A stretch of 47,525 nt of DNA, taken from the NCBI GenBank assembly GCA_026991575.1, contig JALXBF010000130.1, positions 1 to 47,525 on the forward strand, given 5' to 3'. This document shows, piece by piece, positions 30,457-39,503 of this stretch (the first letter of the stretch is position 1; the number at the start of each line of letters is the position of its first letter). The notes below the pieces were generated by a model. That model was not told the DNA's origin, did no database searches, and saw nothing but the letters and a program-made list of their open reading frames with translations. The DNA is from Planctomycetota bacterium (GTDB taxonomy: Bacteria > Planctomycetota > Planctomycetia > JALXBF01). A program made the position numbers and the translations under genes.

Positions 30457-31368
30457 GTGACCGAGTCGCTTGCGGGCGTCCTGGCCGTGGTGCAGACTCC
30501 ATTCCACGACGATGAAACCATCGACTGGGCTACCCTGCGCGAAGAGGTTGAGTGGATCTTCAACCAGGGTGCTGACGGTGTTGTGGCCGCAATGGTTTCC
30601 GAATGGTTGATGCTCACGGACGAAGAACGCTTGCGGTACATGGAGCACCTCGTCGCCGCAGCCGATCGTCGCGGCGCGGTCGTGGTCAGCGTCGGCGCCG
30701 AGTGGACGGGCTCTGCCGTTCGGCTGGCCAAAGCTGCAGAAAAGGTGGGCTGCACGGCAGTTATGGCCATTCCCCCCGTGTCGCGCGGGCTGCCAGTCCA
30801 TGCGGTGCTTGACTACTACCGCGCCATCGCAGACGCCACCACTCTGCCGCTCATCGTCCAGGACGCCTCCTCGTACGTGGGATCGGCCTTACCGATTGAA
30901 GCCATGGCACAACTCGTTGACGACTACGGGCCCGAGAAGATCCTGTTCAAGCCGGAGGCAATGCCGCTAGGCCCAAACTTCTCCGCGCTGCGCGATCGGA
31001 CCGCAGGCCGTGCACGCATCTTCGACGGATCTGGCGGCATCGCCCTGGTGGATACGTTCCGGCGTGGGATCGTGGGCACGATGCCAGGGGCCGACTTGCT
31101 GAGGGGCATCGTGCCGCTGTGGCAAGCCCTGCGCCAAGGGGATGAGGCACGGGTCTATCGGATTGCCGGCCCGCTTTGCCAGCTCGTGGCCCTGCAGATG
31201 CAGGCAGGACTGTACGGTTTCCTGGCAATCGAAAAGTACCTGCTCGTCAAACAGGGCGTCTTCCGCTCGACACGATGCCGCAGCCCTGTGAGCTGGGAAC
31301 TCGACCGGGAAACGGCCCGCGAGGTGGACCGGCTGTTCGAATGGCTGCTGGCAGCGGCCGCGCCGTAG
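30457..31368 (+). CDS. DHDPS/NAL-family enzyme, likely a 2-keto-3-deoxy-sugar-acid dehydratase/aldolase
   Basis: TPF...IDW, SEWLMLTDEER, LIVQDAS, FKPE (Schiff-base Lys), GTMPG. Confidence 0.85.
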   Translation: MTESLAGVLAVVQTPFHDDETIDWATLREEVEWIFNQGADGVVAAMVSEWLMLTDEERLRYMEHLVAAADRRGAVVVSVGAEWTGSAVRLAKAAEKVGCTAVMAIPPVSRGLPVHAVLDYYRAIADATTLPLIVQDASSYVGSALPIEAMAQLVDDYGPEKILFKPEAMPLGPNFSALRDRTAGRARIFDGSGGIALVDTFRRGIVGTMPGADLLRGIVPLWQALRQGDEARVYRIAGPLCQLVALQMQAGLYGFLAIEKYLLVKQGVFRSTRCRSPVSWELDRETAREVDRLFEWLLAAAAP

Positions 31369-31423
31369 CTTGTTACAATGGCCCAGGCGGCAACGCAGCT
31401 TCAGCGATCTTTGGCTCCACACC

Positions 31424-32941
31424 ATGGGGCGGCAGTTCGTCTGGATAGCGGTCATCCTGTTGTTGGCTGTGTTCCTGCTGGTGTTACAGCCATGGACATG
31501 GCCAGTGGCACTTCCCTCGGTGTCAGAACCACTGCCACCGGCCAGGCTGCTTCTGCAGCCACCCGCTCGGCCGGGAACCCTGCCAGGCGAGATCGCGCGA
31601 CTGTGTCGCGATCACAGGCAGCTGCTTGAGAAAGCAACGTTCGGCCCGGATGAGATCGACGAGAACCTGCCGGACCGCCAGAGTAAGGAGCGCTGGCTGG
31701 CGGAGGCCGACACGGTGGCCGATGAGCTGCAAGCGGCGCTTGAGGCAGAGGACGGCGTCTGGCCTGCGATGTGGACAGACGCAGCCGAAGTGAACGCGGA
31801 AGACCTTATTCGGCACACGAGAAGTCTGACGCGGTGCCTGCTCGTGGCTGCAGCGATACGCACGGAGAGGACCGAGTTCGAGGAAGCCCTACGTTACTAC
31901 CTGCTGTGCATACAGCTTGGCTGTCGCCTCAACCGTGGCGCAACGGCGCTGTGGAGTGCAGTCGGTGGGGCCGTGGAAGCAGTAGCCCAGCGAGGCCTGC
32001 TGCAATGGATGAGTCACCCGGAGCTTGATGAGCGTTTGCTCCGTGGGGCGATCGCGAAGCTGCGCCATGTCGGGACGTGCGGGTCGTGGCGTGAGGTGCT
32101 CCGCTGGGAGTATGCCGCTCAGCGTACCCTGTTGATGAACCCGCCAGGCATCAGCCGGCTCCAGCGGTTCCTGCTTTCCTCGGCAGGCGCCATCGGTCAC
32201 AGGCCATTGTCGATCCTGGCAGCACTCATCCATGATGCCAGCCACTGGGAGGAGTTGTCCTACCGGTCGCTGTGGCTGGAGAAGTGGGGAACAAGCGGGC
32301 CTGGGGTACAGCCACGCGTGCCCGGCTTGACTCTGTCACGCCGGGATCTGGACTACGTGGTCAGCAAGCACAGCCTTATCGCTGCAACGCCCAAGCAGCT
32401 GCGGAAACTACTGAGAGCAATGTTCCGACGGCGCGGATACCGACGAATTACTCTGCTGCGGCTCGCTGCCCATGCGGAGCGGAGGCGGACAGGGAACTGG
32501 CCAGTGCACTTTGGCCCGGCCGTGCTGGAGCGATACGAGTTACCCACTTCGGTCGTCGAGGACCCGTTCGTACCGCAGCGGGTGATGTATTTCGGGAATC
32601 GCACACAGCTGCTTGCCGCCGCAGAACGGGTAGCTCGCCTGCAGCGCTGGCCGCTGATTCCCGCAAGGGCGGTCGATCGGTTGCGCACGTTGCTGGAGAA
32701 TTATCCCGACGGTGAGCCGCTCTGCTGGCTGCCGTTGAGCGCCGACCTTAGCAAAGAACTACCGCCTGACCTGCGGTCGCTGCGCTGGACGCTGTTCGCG
32801 TTCACACCGCGCGGCGCTCAGTCCCTGGACGATGCCGCGACAGAGAAGGCGGCCGAGGCACCGCCTTCTGATGACGTCGCCCCCGGGAACGGCACACAGC
32901 AAACTGCGCCAGAACCGCGGCAACAGCCCGCCCCACGCTAG
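31424..32941 (+). CDS. Hypothetical protein with N-terminal membrane anchor, helical body and a G.WP...DPF segment
   Basis: Long ORF continuing the operon direction; hydrophobic FVWIAVILLLAVFLLVL N-terminus. Confidence 0.7.
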   Translation: MGRQFVWIAVILLLAVFLLVLQPWTWPVALPSVSEPLPPARLLLQPPARPGTLPGEIARLCRDHRQLLEKATFGPDEIDENLPDRQSKERWLAEADTVADELQAALEAEDGVWPAMWTDAAEVNAEDLIRHTRSLTRCLLVAAAIRTERTEFEEALRYYLLCIQLGCRLNRGATALWSAVGGAVEAVAQRGLLQWMSHPELDERLLRGAIAKLRHVGTCGSWREVLRWEYAAQRTLLMNPPGISRLQRFLLSSAGAIGHRPLSILAALIHDASHWEELSYRSLWLEKWGTSGPGVQPRVPGLTLSRRDLDYVVSKHSLIAATPKQLRKLLRAMFRRRGYRRITLLRLAAHAERRRTGNWPVHFGPAVLERYELPTSVVEDPFVPQRVMYFGNRTQLLAAAERVARLQRWPLIPARAVDRLRTLLENYPDGEPLCWLPLSADLSKELPPDLRSLRWTLFAFTPRGAQSLDDAATEKAAEAPPSDDVAPGNGTQQTAPEPRQQPAPR

Positions 32942-33737
32942 CCGGGCGTTACCTGCAGCTCAGGGAGCTCCGGCCCCGAAGCCCTACGCTCCTGCTCCTG
33001 TCCCACACCATCCGCCCCTCGCCCACCGTGACCTGGCAGTTGGCGCAGAAACCACCGAATGGCACTGTGCCACCCGCACCGGGTCGTTGAACCAAGTCGG
33101 TATGCCTCTAGCGACGGATCAACTCCATCCGCCGGGTGCCGCGCGGACCAGCGGACAAACTGCGGATCGAACAGGCCTCGGCTTCGCCGCGTGACATCGG
33201 CATCGCTCATGCCAAAGTAGCGGTCCGAACACATTGCCGAAGCAAGCGTGGTAGGCAGGTTGCCGGGAGCGTTGACCACGCGGTGGCCGGCTGACTGCTG
33301 TGCGGCTGCACGCAAGAAAGCGTCCTTTCGGTGTGCTCGATCTTGCACCGTCCGCTTAAGCGGCCGGTTTCGCACCATGACCGCAGCCTCGGCTCGTGGC
33401 CGCGCTGCTGCGGCATCTGGTCCGCCTGCAGCATACAGGAACACCCTACGGCCGAGTCACGCTATGGGAAACCGCCGTGCACCAACAGGCCCCGTTGCTG
33501 TGCTGAAAAACACCACTTCGGCTGGTGACACCGCGTCGGCCCCAAGAGTCGCCGTTCCGCGGGCTGGATACCGGCCTATCCGACGGCATGGCCGACCGTC
33601 GTTTCCTGTGCACTTGTGTGGTGGTTCTGCCTCATGCGGGCAGCGCGTCAGAGTCGCTACGGCGTCGGCGTTAGATGAGTGTGCATCGTGTGTTCCGCGG
33701 GACCGGTGGCGGGAACGTCGAGAAGGGGGTACGGCCG

Positions 33738-34313
33738 ATGGCAAGCGTTTCAGGTGTGATGGCCATGCGAAGTGATCAGGCAGAGCGATTCACGGGATGC
33801 GAAGCTGAGCGTCATGGGGTTGCTTGTATGCCGGGGTGGACTGTGCTCCAACAACCACACCGAGCGGCCGGCTGGGCAGCCGTCTTGCTCGATGGGCAGC
33901 GCTGGATACCGGAGTTTGTCATCAGCCCCTGCAAGCTTCCTCCAGAGCTGTCGCCGACCGGATTGCCCGAGCAGACCGAGCTTTCTACCGAGCGATCTCT
34001 CAGCACGAACGCCCGGGGGCGATGGCAGAACGGTCCTGTCGCGGAAGGTGACCGGGACGATTGGTGGTGGGAGGACGATGAGCCGCTAGAGGAGGAACCG
34101 TTCGAGTGGCCAGAGGAAGAGGATGATACGGAAGAGTGGGGTCATGGTGAGCTGGACCCTTACGAGGAAGACGATACGGACGCTGGCTGGGACGATCTGG
34201 ATGATCCGTGGGAAGCATGGGAGCACGCGGTGGGGGATCGCTTTGATTGGGAGGAGGAGCGGATCGAACGGTACGAAGCGGATCCCCAGCAATGGGAAGA
34301 AGATTGGGCTTAG
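33738..34313 (+). CDS. Hypothetical protein with Asp/Glu/Trp-rich C-terminal half
   Basis: GAAGGGGG RBS before ATG 33738; strongly biased DDWWWEDDEPLEEEPFEWPEEEDD... tail. Confidence 0.55.
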   Translation: MASVSGVMAMRSDQAERFTGCEAERHGVACMPGWTVLQQPHRAAGWAAVLLDGQRWIPEFVISPCKLPPELSPTGLPEQTELSTERSLSTNARGRWQNGPVAEGDRDDWWWEDDEPLEEEPFEWPEEEDDTEEWGHGELDPYEEDDTDAGWDDLDDPWEAWEHAVGDRFDWEEERIERYEADPQQWEEDWA

Positions 34314-34634
34314 TCCGGATTAGCTGCTTTGGTCGGGTGCTGTTGGTGGGACCGGTACGAAGCCGGGATTGGGACATGTGCTGCTGGAGCTGTGCTTGTG
34401 TCGGCACAGAAACGGAGCCCGGCGGTTCGCCGCCGCGTGTCACCTGCCTCTCCCTCAGGCGCACGGGTCGGCCCGCCGGGCTCGCGTCTCCTTCGGCGCA
34501 GGGTGCAACACGCACGCGGTGCTGTGCAAAGGGTATGCCGTTTGGCGCGGTTGGCCGAACGCCCTGCTGCCGGAGCACTTATGGAACGCTCGCCGACGTG
34601 TGCCCGAACGCCGGCGCGCTTAACAGGCAACGAC

Positions 34635-34651
34635 TGCACAGAGAATAGGCA
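34635..34651 (+). promoter_or_regulatory. NtrC-like enhancer-binding site 1
   Basis: TGCACAGAGAATAGGCA resembles the TGCAC-N7-GTGCA consensus. Confidence 0.55.
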
Positions 34652-34758
34652 CGCGGGCAGAGGACGCCTGAGACAGACCGCGTCAGTGGGCCTGCCTCGG
34701 GATGCAGAAGCGAGTTACTGGAGGGCTCGCGAGATCGGCGGTTCAGCGCACCTCGGAC

Positions 34759-34775
34759 TGCACAAGAAAAAAGCA
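34759..34775 (+). promoter_or_regulatory. NtrC-like enhancer-binding site 2
   Basis: TGCACAAGAAAAAAGCA; shares GACTGCACA with site 1. Confidence 0.5.
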
Positions 34776-34893
34776 GACGACCGCGCACGCGTTCAGCACA
34801 CGGCAGCCGAGCTGTCGTGACGGCGCCGCCTTGGTGCCATTAACCACCTTCTTTATTTCGGGTTGCGCCGACAGCTCAGAAATCATAGGAGAG

Positions 34894-34909
34894 TGGAACG
34901 CAGCTTGCA
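34894..34909 (+). promoter_or_regulatory. Sigma-54 (-24/-12) promoter of nirA-FNT
   Basis: TGGAACGCAGCTTGCA has exact GG-N10-GC spacing and one mismatch to TGGCACG-N4-TTGCW. It lies about 90 nt upstream of the nirA ATG. Confidence 0.8.
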
Positions 34910-34998
34910 CAAGGAACCGACGGCCGGTCGGACTCCTCTCCCGCAGACCTCTCCCTGGTTCGACCCATCGCACGGACCGGTATCGCGGAGACGCCTCC

Positions 34999-36738
34999 AT
35001 GACCAGAGCCTTGCGCGAACAGTACCCGGACCGCTTCGCGGGCAATCCCACCGAGACGCTGTGCGCCTGCCATGGCGTGCCGCGGTCAAGAGTTATTGCC
35101 GAGATCCGCAAGGGCGCGTGCTCGGTGGACGCTGTTGGTCAACGCTGTGGCGCCGGGACCGGCTGCGGTGGCTGCCGCGACGAGATCGAGGCGCTGCTGC
35201 AGCTGTACTGCCCCGGCGCAGCGGCTGCTGAACAGCCGACCAATAAGGTCGAGGCAATGAAGGCTGAGAAGGACGGGCTGGACGTACTGCCTGTGATCCT
35301 CAAACACGCGGACCATGGCTCGCTGGACGGCGCGGATCCGTCGGATGTCGAGCGGATGAAGTGGTATGGGCTGTTCTTGCGCAAGCCAACGCCCGGCTAC
35401 TTCATGCTCCGCATCCGCGGCATTTGCGGTCGGATGAACAGCGAGCAGTTCCGCGTGCTGGCGGACATTTGCGACGAGTTTGGCAAAGGCTTCTGCGACA
35501 TTACGACGCGTCAGCAGATCCAACTGCGTTGGTTCACGATCGAGCACGTGCCGGAGATCTGGCGGCGTCTCAGCCGAGTCGGCCTGCACTCGATGCAAAC
35601 CGGGCACGACAACGTGCGCGGCATCGTGGGCTGTCCTGTTGGCGGGCTAACGCCCCAGGAGGCATTCGACGCGTACGACGTGGCACGGGAGTTGACCGAT
35701 CGCATCGTCGGCAACAGGGCGTACACGAACCTGCCGCGGAAGTTCAACATCACGATCACCGGCTGTCTGGAGAACTGCTGTCACACCGAGACACAGGACA
35801 TCGCTCTGGTGCCGGCCAAGGCCGCGGTAGCCGGCCGTGAGGTCGTCGGGTTCAACGTGTTGGTCGGCGGCAAGCAAGGCTCAGGCGGCTATACGCCCGC
35901 CCTGCCGCTGAACGTGTTTGTTGCTGCCGATGAGGCGGCCAGTTTGTGTGAGACGATCATCGGGATCTTCCGTGACCACGGCAACCGTAAGGTGCGCAAT
36001 CGCGCGCGGCTGCGGTTCCTGATCGAAGAACGCGGCCTATGGTGGCTGCGTGAGGAGGTGGAACGGCGTCTGGGCCGTGCGCTTGCGGCGGCCGGCCAGG
36101 ACCTGCGTAGCCGCCGCCACAACGATCACATCGGCATCTATCGACAGAAGCAGCCGGGGCTCAACTACGTGGGGCTCTGTGTGCCGGTGGGCCGTCTGAC
36201 GAGCGACCAACTGCGCGGCCTGGCCGACCTGGCAGACCGCTATGGGAACGGACAGATTCGTCTGACTCCGGATCAGAACGTGGTGCTCGTCGGCATTCCC
36301 GACCAACAGCTCGACGCGTTCACGCGCGAACCGCTTCTGAAACAGCTCCCCTACAACCCCTCCCCGGTTATGCGCGGCCTGGTTTCCTGCACCGGCAACG
36401 ACTACTGCGCCCTGGCGCTGATCGATACGAAGGGTTGGGCGATCCGTGTTGCCCGTGAGCTTGAGGAGCTGCTGGGCGATCAGCTATCTCGGCTGAAAAC
36501 GGTCTCGATTCGCTGGTCGGGCTGTGCGGCCGGCTGCGGGCTGCATCAGGTCGCGGACATCGGCTTGCAGGCGTGCCGCAAGCGGCTGGCCGGTGGTCAG
36601 ATTGTGCCAGCGGCCCACGTGTTCGTGCGGGGCAAAGCGGGGCCTCAGGCACAGCCCGGCCTGCCGCTGCTGGCTGAGGTACCGTGCGAACAGCTGGCCG
36701 AAACGCTCTCCCCGTTGACCAAACACCTGCGCCGCTGA
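34999..36738 (+). CDS. nirA: Ferredoxin-nitrite reductase (siroheme) with fused N-terminal BFD-like [2Fe-2S] domain
   Basis: CACHGV...GAGTGCGGC, then NKVE..K.EKDGLD, KWYGLF, DITTRQQIQLR, DNVR, NLPRKFN, CTGNDYC...GCAAGC. Start ATG 34999 with GGAG RBS. Confidence 0.9.
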   Translation: MTRALREQYPDRFAGNPTETLCACHGVPRSRVIAEIRKGACSVDAVGQRCGAGTGCGGCRDEIEALLQLYCPGAAAAEQPTNKVEAMKAEKDGLDVLPVILKHADHGSLDGADPSDVERMKWYGLFLRKPTPGYFMLRIRGICGRMNSEQFRVLADICDEFGKGFCDITTRQQIQLRWFTIEHVPEIWRRLSRVGLHSMQTGHDNVRGIVGCPVGGLTPQEAFDAYDVARELTDRIVGNRAYTNLPRKFNITITGCLENCCHTETQDIALVPAKAAVAGREVVGFNVLVGGKQGSGGYTPALPLNVFVAADEAASLCETIIGIFRDHGNRKVRNRARLRFLIEERGLWWLREEVERRLGRALAAAGQDLRSRRHNDHIGIYRQKQPGLNYVGLCVPVGRLTSDQLRGLADLADRYGNGQIRLTPDQNVVLVGIPDQQLDAFTREPLLKQLPYNPSPVMRGLVSCTGNDYCALALIDTKGWAIRVARELEELLGDQLSRLKTVSIRWSGCAAGCGLHQVADIGLQACRKRLAGGQIVPAAHVFVRGKAGPQAQPGLPLLAEVPCEQLAETLSPLTKHLRR

Positions 36739-36800
36739 CCGCCGCCTACGGCCCGTGCGTCTTGGGTCTACACCTTGGTGATCATGCCGGAGGTAACCGC

Positions 36801-37595
36801 ATGGAGAACGCTCGTCTGCTGCTAGCCGGTTGTGCCGTTAGTCCCGAGGAAGTCGTGGCCGGTCTGCGTCGAGTCGGCCAGACAAAGGCCGCTCTAAGGA
36901 CGTGGCCGGCGTTGCTCAGGGCGGCCTTGTCGGGCGCGCTGCTCGGCGCTGCGACCACGGTTGCCCTCACCGCGACCGCACAAACGGGGATTCCTCTGGT
37001 GGGGGCGTTGGTATTTCCGGTGGGCTTCGTCATGCTGGTATTGCTCGGTCTGGAGCTGCTGACGGGTAACTTCTTGCTCCTTCCTCTAGCCGTCTTCCGC
37101 GGGGGCGCCTCCCCGCTGCAGCTGGCGCGGAACTGGGCCGTCGTCTTTGTCGGCAACCTGGTCGGCTCGCTGCTCTACGCCACCCTCTACGTCGCCCTGG
37201 ACGCGGGTCAGGAACCGGTCCACGATCTGCTACGGCGCGTGGCCGAAGCCAAGACGGTTGGCTATGCGCAAGCCGGCACCAGCGGACTGACAACCATGTT
37301 CGCCCGAGCGATTCTGTGCAACTGGCTGGTGACGCTCGGTGTCGTCCTGTCGCTGGTCAGCCGTTCGGTGCCCGGCAAGGTCATGGCCATGTGGCTACCG
37401 ATCTTCGCTTTCTTCTCGTTGGGATTTGAGCACTCCGTCGTAAACATGTTCGTGATCCCGGCCGGCATGATGGCCGGCGCGCACGTGACGGTGTTTGACT
37501 GGTGGTTGTGGAACCAGATTCCGGTCACGCTGGGTAACCTGGTGGGCGCGCTGACGCTGACGGCCATCCCGCTCGCGTGCGGGAGACTCAACTGA
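36801..37595 (+). CDS. Formate/nitrite transporter (FNT) family channel
   Basis: FPVGF...ELLTGNF, NW..VF.GNLVG, ILCNWLV, FEHSVVNMF, IPVTLGNLVG. GGAGG RBS. Confidence 0.92.
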   Translation: MENARLLLAGCAVSPEEVVAGLRRVGQTKAALRTWPALLRAALSGALLGAATTVALTATAQTGIPLVGALVFPVGFVMLVLLGLELLTGNFLLLPLAVFRGGASPLQLARNWAVVFVGNLVGSLLYATLYVALDAGQEPVHDLLRRVAEAKTVGYAQAGTSGLTTMFARAILCNWLVTLGVVLSLVSRSVPGKVMAMWLPIFAFFSLGFEHSVVNMFVIPAGMMAGAHVTVFDWWLWNQIPVTLGNLVGALTLTAIPLACGRLN

Positions 37596-37718
37596 GTGGG
37601 CGGCCACGAACCGCTTCAGGACGGCAGCCCGAGGGAATATTGGGGGAGGCCGGTGGGCAAGGCGGGGTCTGGCAGCAGCACCACCGGCCCCCCCCTAATT
37701 CCGCCTGTCCGCAAGCCG

Positions 37719-39167
37719 TCATCCTGCCAGGGGTACCGTCACCTCCGCCAGCAGGTAGCGCACGACGTCGGCGGCCCTGTATTCGAAGCCAAGCTCATCG
37801 ATCAACTGCTTAAGCTCGCGGACGGCGACACCGCTGGTCAGAAGTGGCGGCTCAACGCTACCGTCTGCGCGCTGCTGAGCCAGCCCGATGTTGGCCATCA
37901 GCGCGTTGCACAGGCACTTGGCCCGCTCAGCGCGGTCCACTTGCCCCCCCTTGGCCCGGAACGCTTCGATCGGCTCCGCCGGGCACCGCCACCCCAGGCG
38001 ACCGTCGGGCCGAACGTACGCTTGTCGCAGGTACCCCAGATCGCAGATACGGCGGCGTCGGGCATAGACCGCCTCATCGGCCAGTGTGCCGGGAAGCTGC
38101 ACGATCTTGAACGGAAACCCGGTTGGTGACGCGAACGGATCGGTACGGCAGTCGATCTGCCCACGGGCGGCCAGCTCCAGCACAGCGCGGCGCAGTCGTG
38201 GGTCCAAGCCAGACTCGGCACAGTAGGCGAAGACAGTCCCGACCTGCACACCCGCCGCCCCCGCCTTCAGCGCCTCCACAACGCGACGCGGCGTTCCGTA
38301 GGATCCGGCCAGCCAGAACGGCTTGCGCAGCGCCCGCATCGCAGCCAGATCCACCTCGTCCCGCGGCCCATACAGCGGCTCGCCCCGCTCGTTGAGCTTC
38401 AACCGCCCCCGGGGCGGTGCGTTATGCCCGCCGGCCGTGGGCCCTTCAACCACAAACCCGTCAATCGTACCCCGGGCTCGGCGCAGCAACATATTGGCCA
38501 ACACCGCAGAAGAGATGATCGGCACGAACCGCGGCCGGGCAAGCATGCAGGCGAAACCGTTCAGGATCACACGCGGATCGAACCGCGCCCGGTACGAACC
38601 GCTCTCGGCCCCGGCTACATCAACAGGTAGTTCTGCGTCTAGGCCGTCGGCGAATCGATCGATCAGCTCGGGCAGATGCCACGGGATGCCGGCACCCACC
38701 AGGACCCAGTCCACCCCGGCCAACATCGCACCGTAGAGCGAAGGTAACAGTGGTAGCTGGAGCTTCTCCATGAAATTGATGCCGACCGGGCCGTCGTGGC
38801 CGTCCTTCGCGAGGTAGGCCTCGACGAAGTTCGCCACCACGCACAGCTCGCAGAAATCGCGCTGCAGGGGCAGGCGAGGCAGCGGGCGGCCACGATAGGG
38901 CTGGCCTTCAGCTCGGCCGTCTGGCAGGAAGTACCGCTCGACGACGCGCGCCGCAATCTCCGGCACCGGGAATGCAGCCAGCGCGCGGCGGACGTGCCCG
39001 CCAGGGTCGCCGTCCTGCAACCTGCGGATCAGCACCACGTCTAGGCCGGTGCCGGAGACGACACCGAGCTGACCACAGCGTGCAACCGCCTGGGCCAACG
39101 GCCAGCCTGACACACCAACGCCCATGCCTCCTTGAATCAGCACCGGCAATGCCTTCGGTTGAGACAT
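37719..39167 (-). CDS. Nitronate monooxygenase/FabK/FabX-family FMN protein with Cys-rich C-terminus
   Basis: IQGGMGVGVS, VVEGPTAGGH, PFWLAGS, GAAGVQVGT.F...ESG, SPTGFPF. Confidence 0.82.
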   Translation of the reverse strand: MSQPKALPVLIQGGMGVGVSGWPLAQAVARCGQLGVVSGTGLDVVLIRRLQDGDPGGHVRRALAAFPVPEIAARVVERYFLPDGRAEGQPYRGRPLPRLPLQRDFCELCVVANFVEAYLAKDGHDGPVGINFMEKLQLPLLPSLYGAMLAGVDWVLVGAGIPWHLPELIDRFADGLDAELPVDVAGAESGSYRARFDPRVILNGFACMLARPRFVPIISSAVLANMLLRRARGTIDGFVVEGPTAGGHNAPPRGRLKLNERGEPLYGPRDEVDLAAMRALRKPFWLAGSYGTPRRVVEALKAGAAGVQVGTVFAYCAESGLDPRLRRAVLELAARGQIDCRTDPFASPTGFPFKIVQLPGTLADEAVYARRRRICDLGYLRQAYVRPDGRLGWRCPAEPIEAFRAKGGQVDRAERAKCLCNALMANIGLAQQRADGSVEPPLLTSGVAVRELKQLIDELGFEYRAADVVRYLLAEVTVPLAG

Positions 39168-39503
39168 CGGACACCTCGCTCGGTTGTACCAGCACGACCT
39201 CCGAAGCAGAGCGAGTAAACCAAAGTGTCATTGTAGGCTTTTCCGCCCCACGGAATGTCTTTCTTGTGTAAAAGATGCGTTACCGCCGGACAGCGATCAC
39301 ACGCGACGACCGCTGCCCGCCAACCGGCTTACGCCCCACCCGTTCGGCCCGCCCGGTTCCTGTCCCGCGCCGAATCGGGGCAAGCTATAATGAAGGGCGA
39401 CGCATAAACGCCCACCGATAAGACCCATCTGGGACGGCTCACCGACGAACCAGCAGGGGGACACGACAAGCGGACAACCGAGCCGGCATACCGGAGAGAC
39501 GGC

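Noticed and set aside
32938..33444. 168-aa minus-strand ORF
   Set aside because: No recognisable motif, RBS or compositional signal. It cannot be supported, though a small gene here is not excluded.
34625..34670. GGCAACGACTGC / GGCAGAGGACGCC considered as ANTAR (NasT/NasR) twin hairpins
   Set aside because: Loop sizes do not fit the hexaloop consensus, they lie upstream of the sigma-54 promoter, and they overlap a better NtrC-like box.
5195..36738. Long N-terminal extensions in the ORF track for galE (6511), OYE (10110), mutS (18399), RTX (25646), SSS (25854) and nirA (34702)
   Set aside because: They overlap neighbouring genes or regulatory elements. Downstream starts match family N-termini and RBS positions.
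39386..39391. Perfect TATAAT upstream of PSD1 copy A
   Set aside because: No matching -35 or extended -10 element, so insufficient alone to call a promoter.
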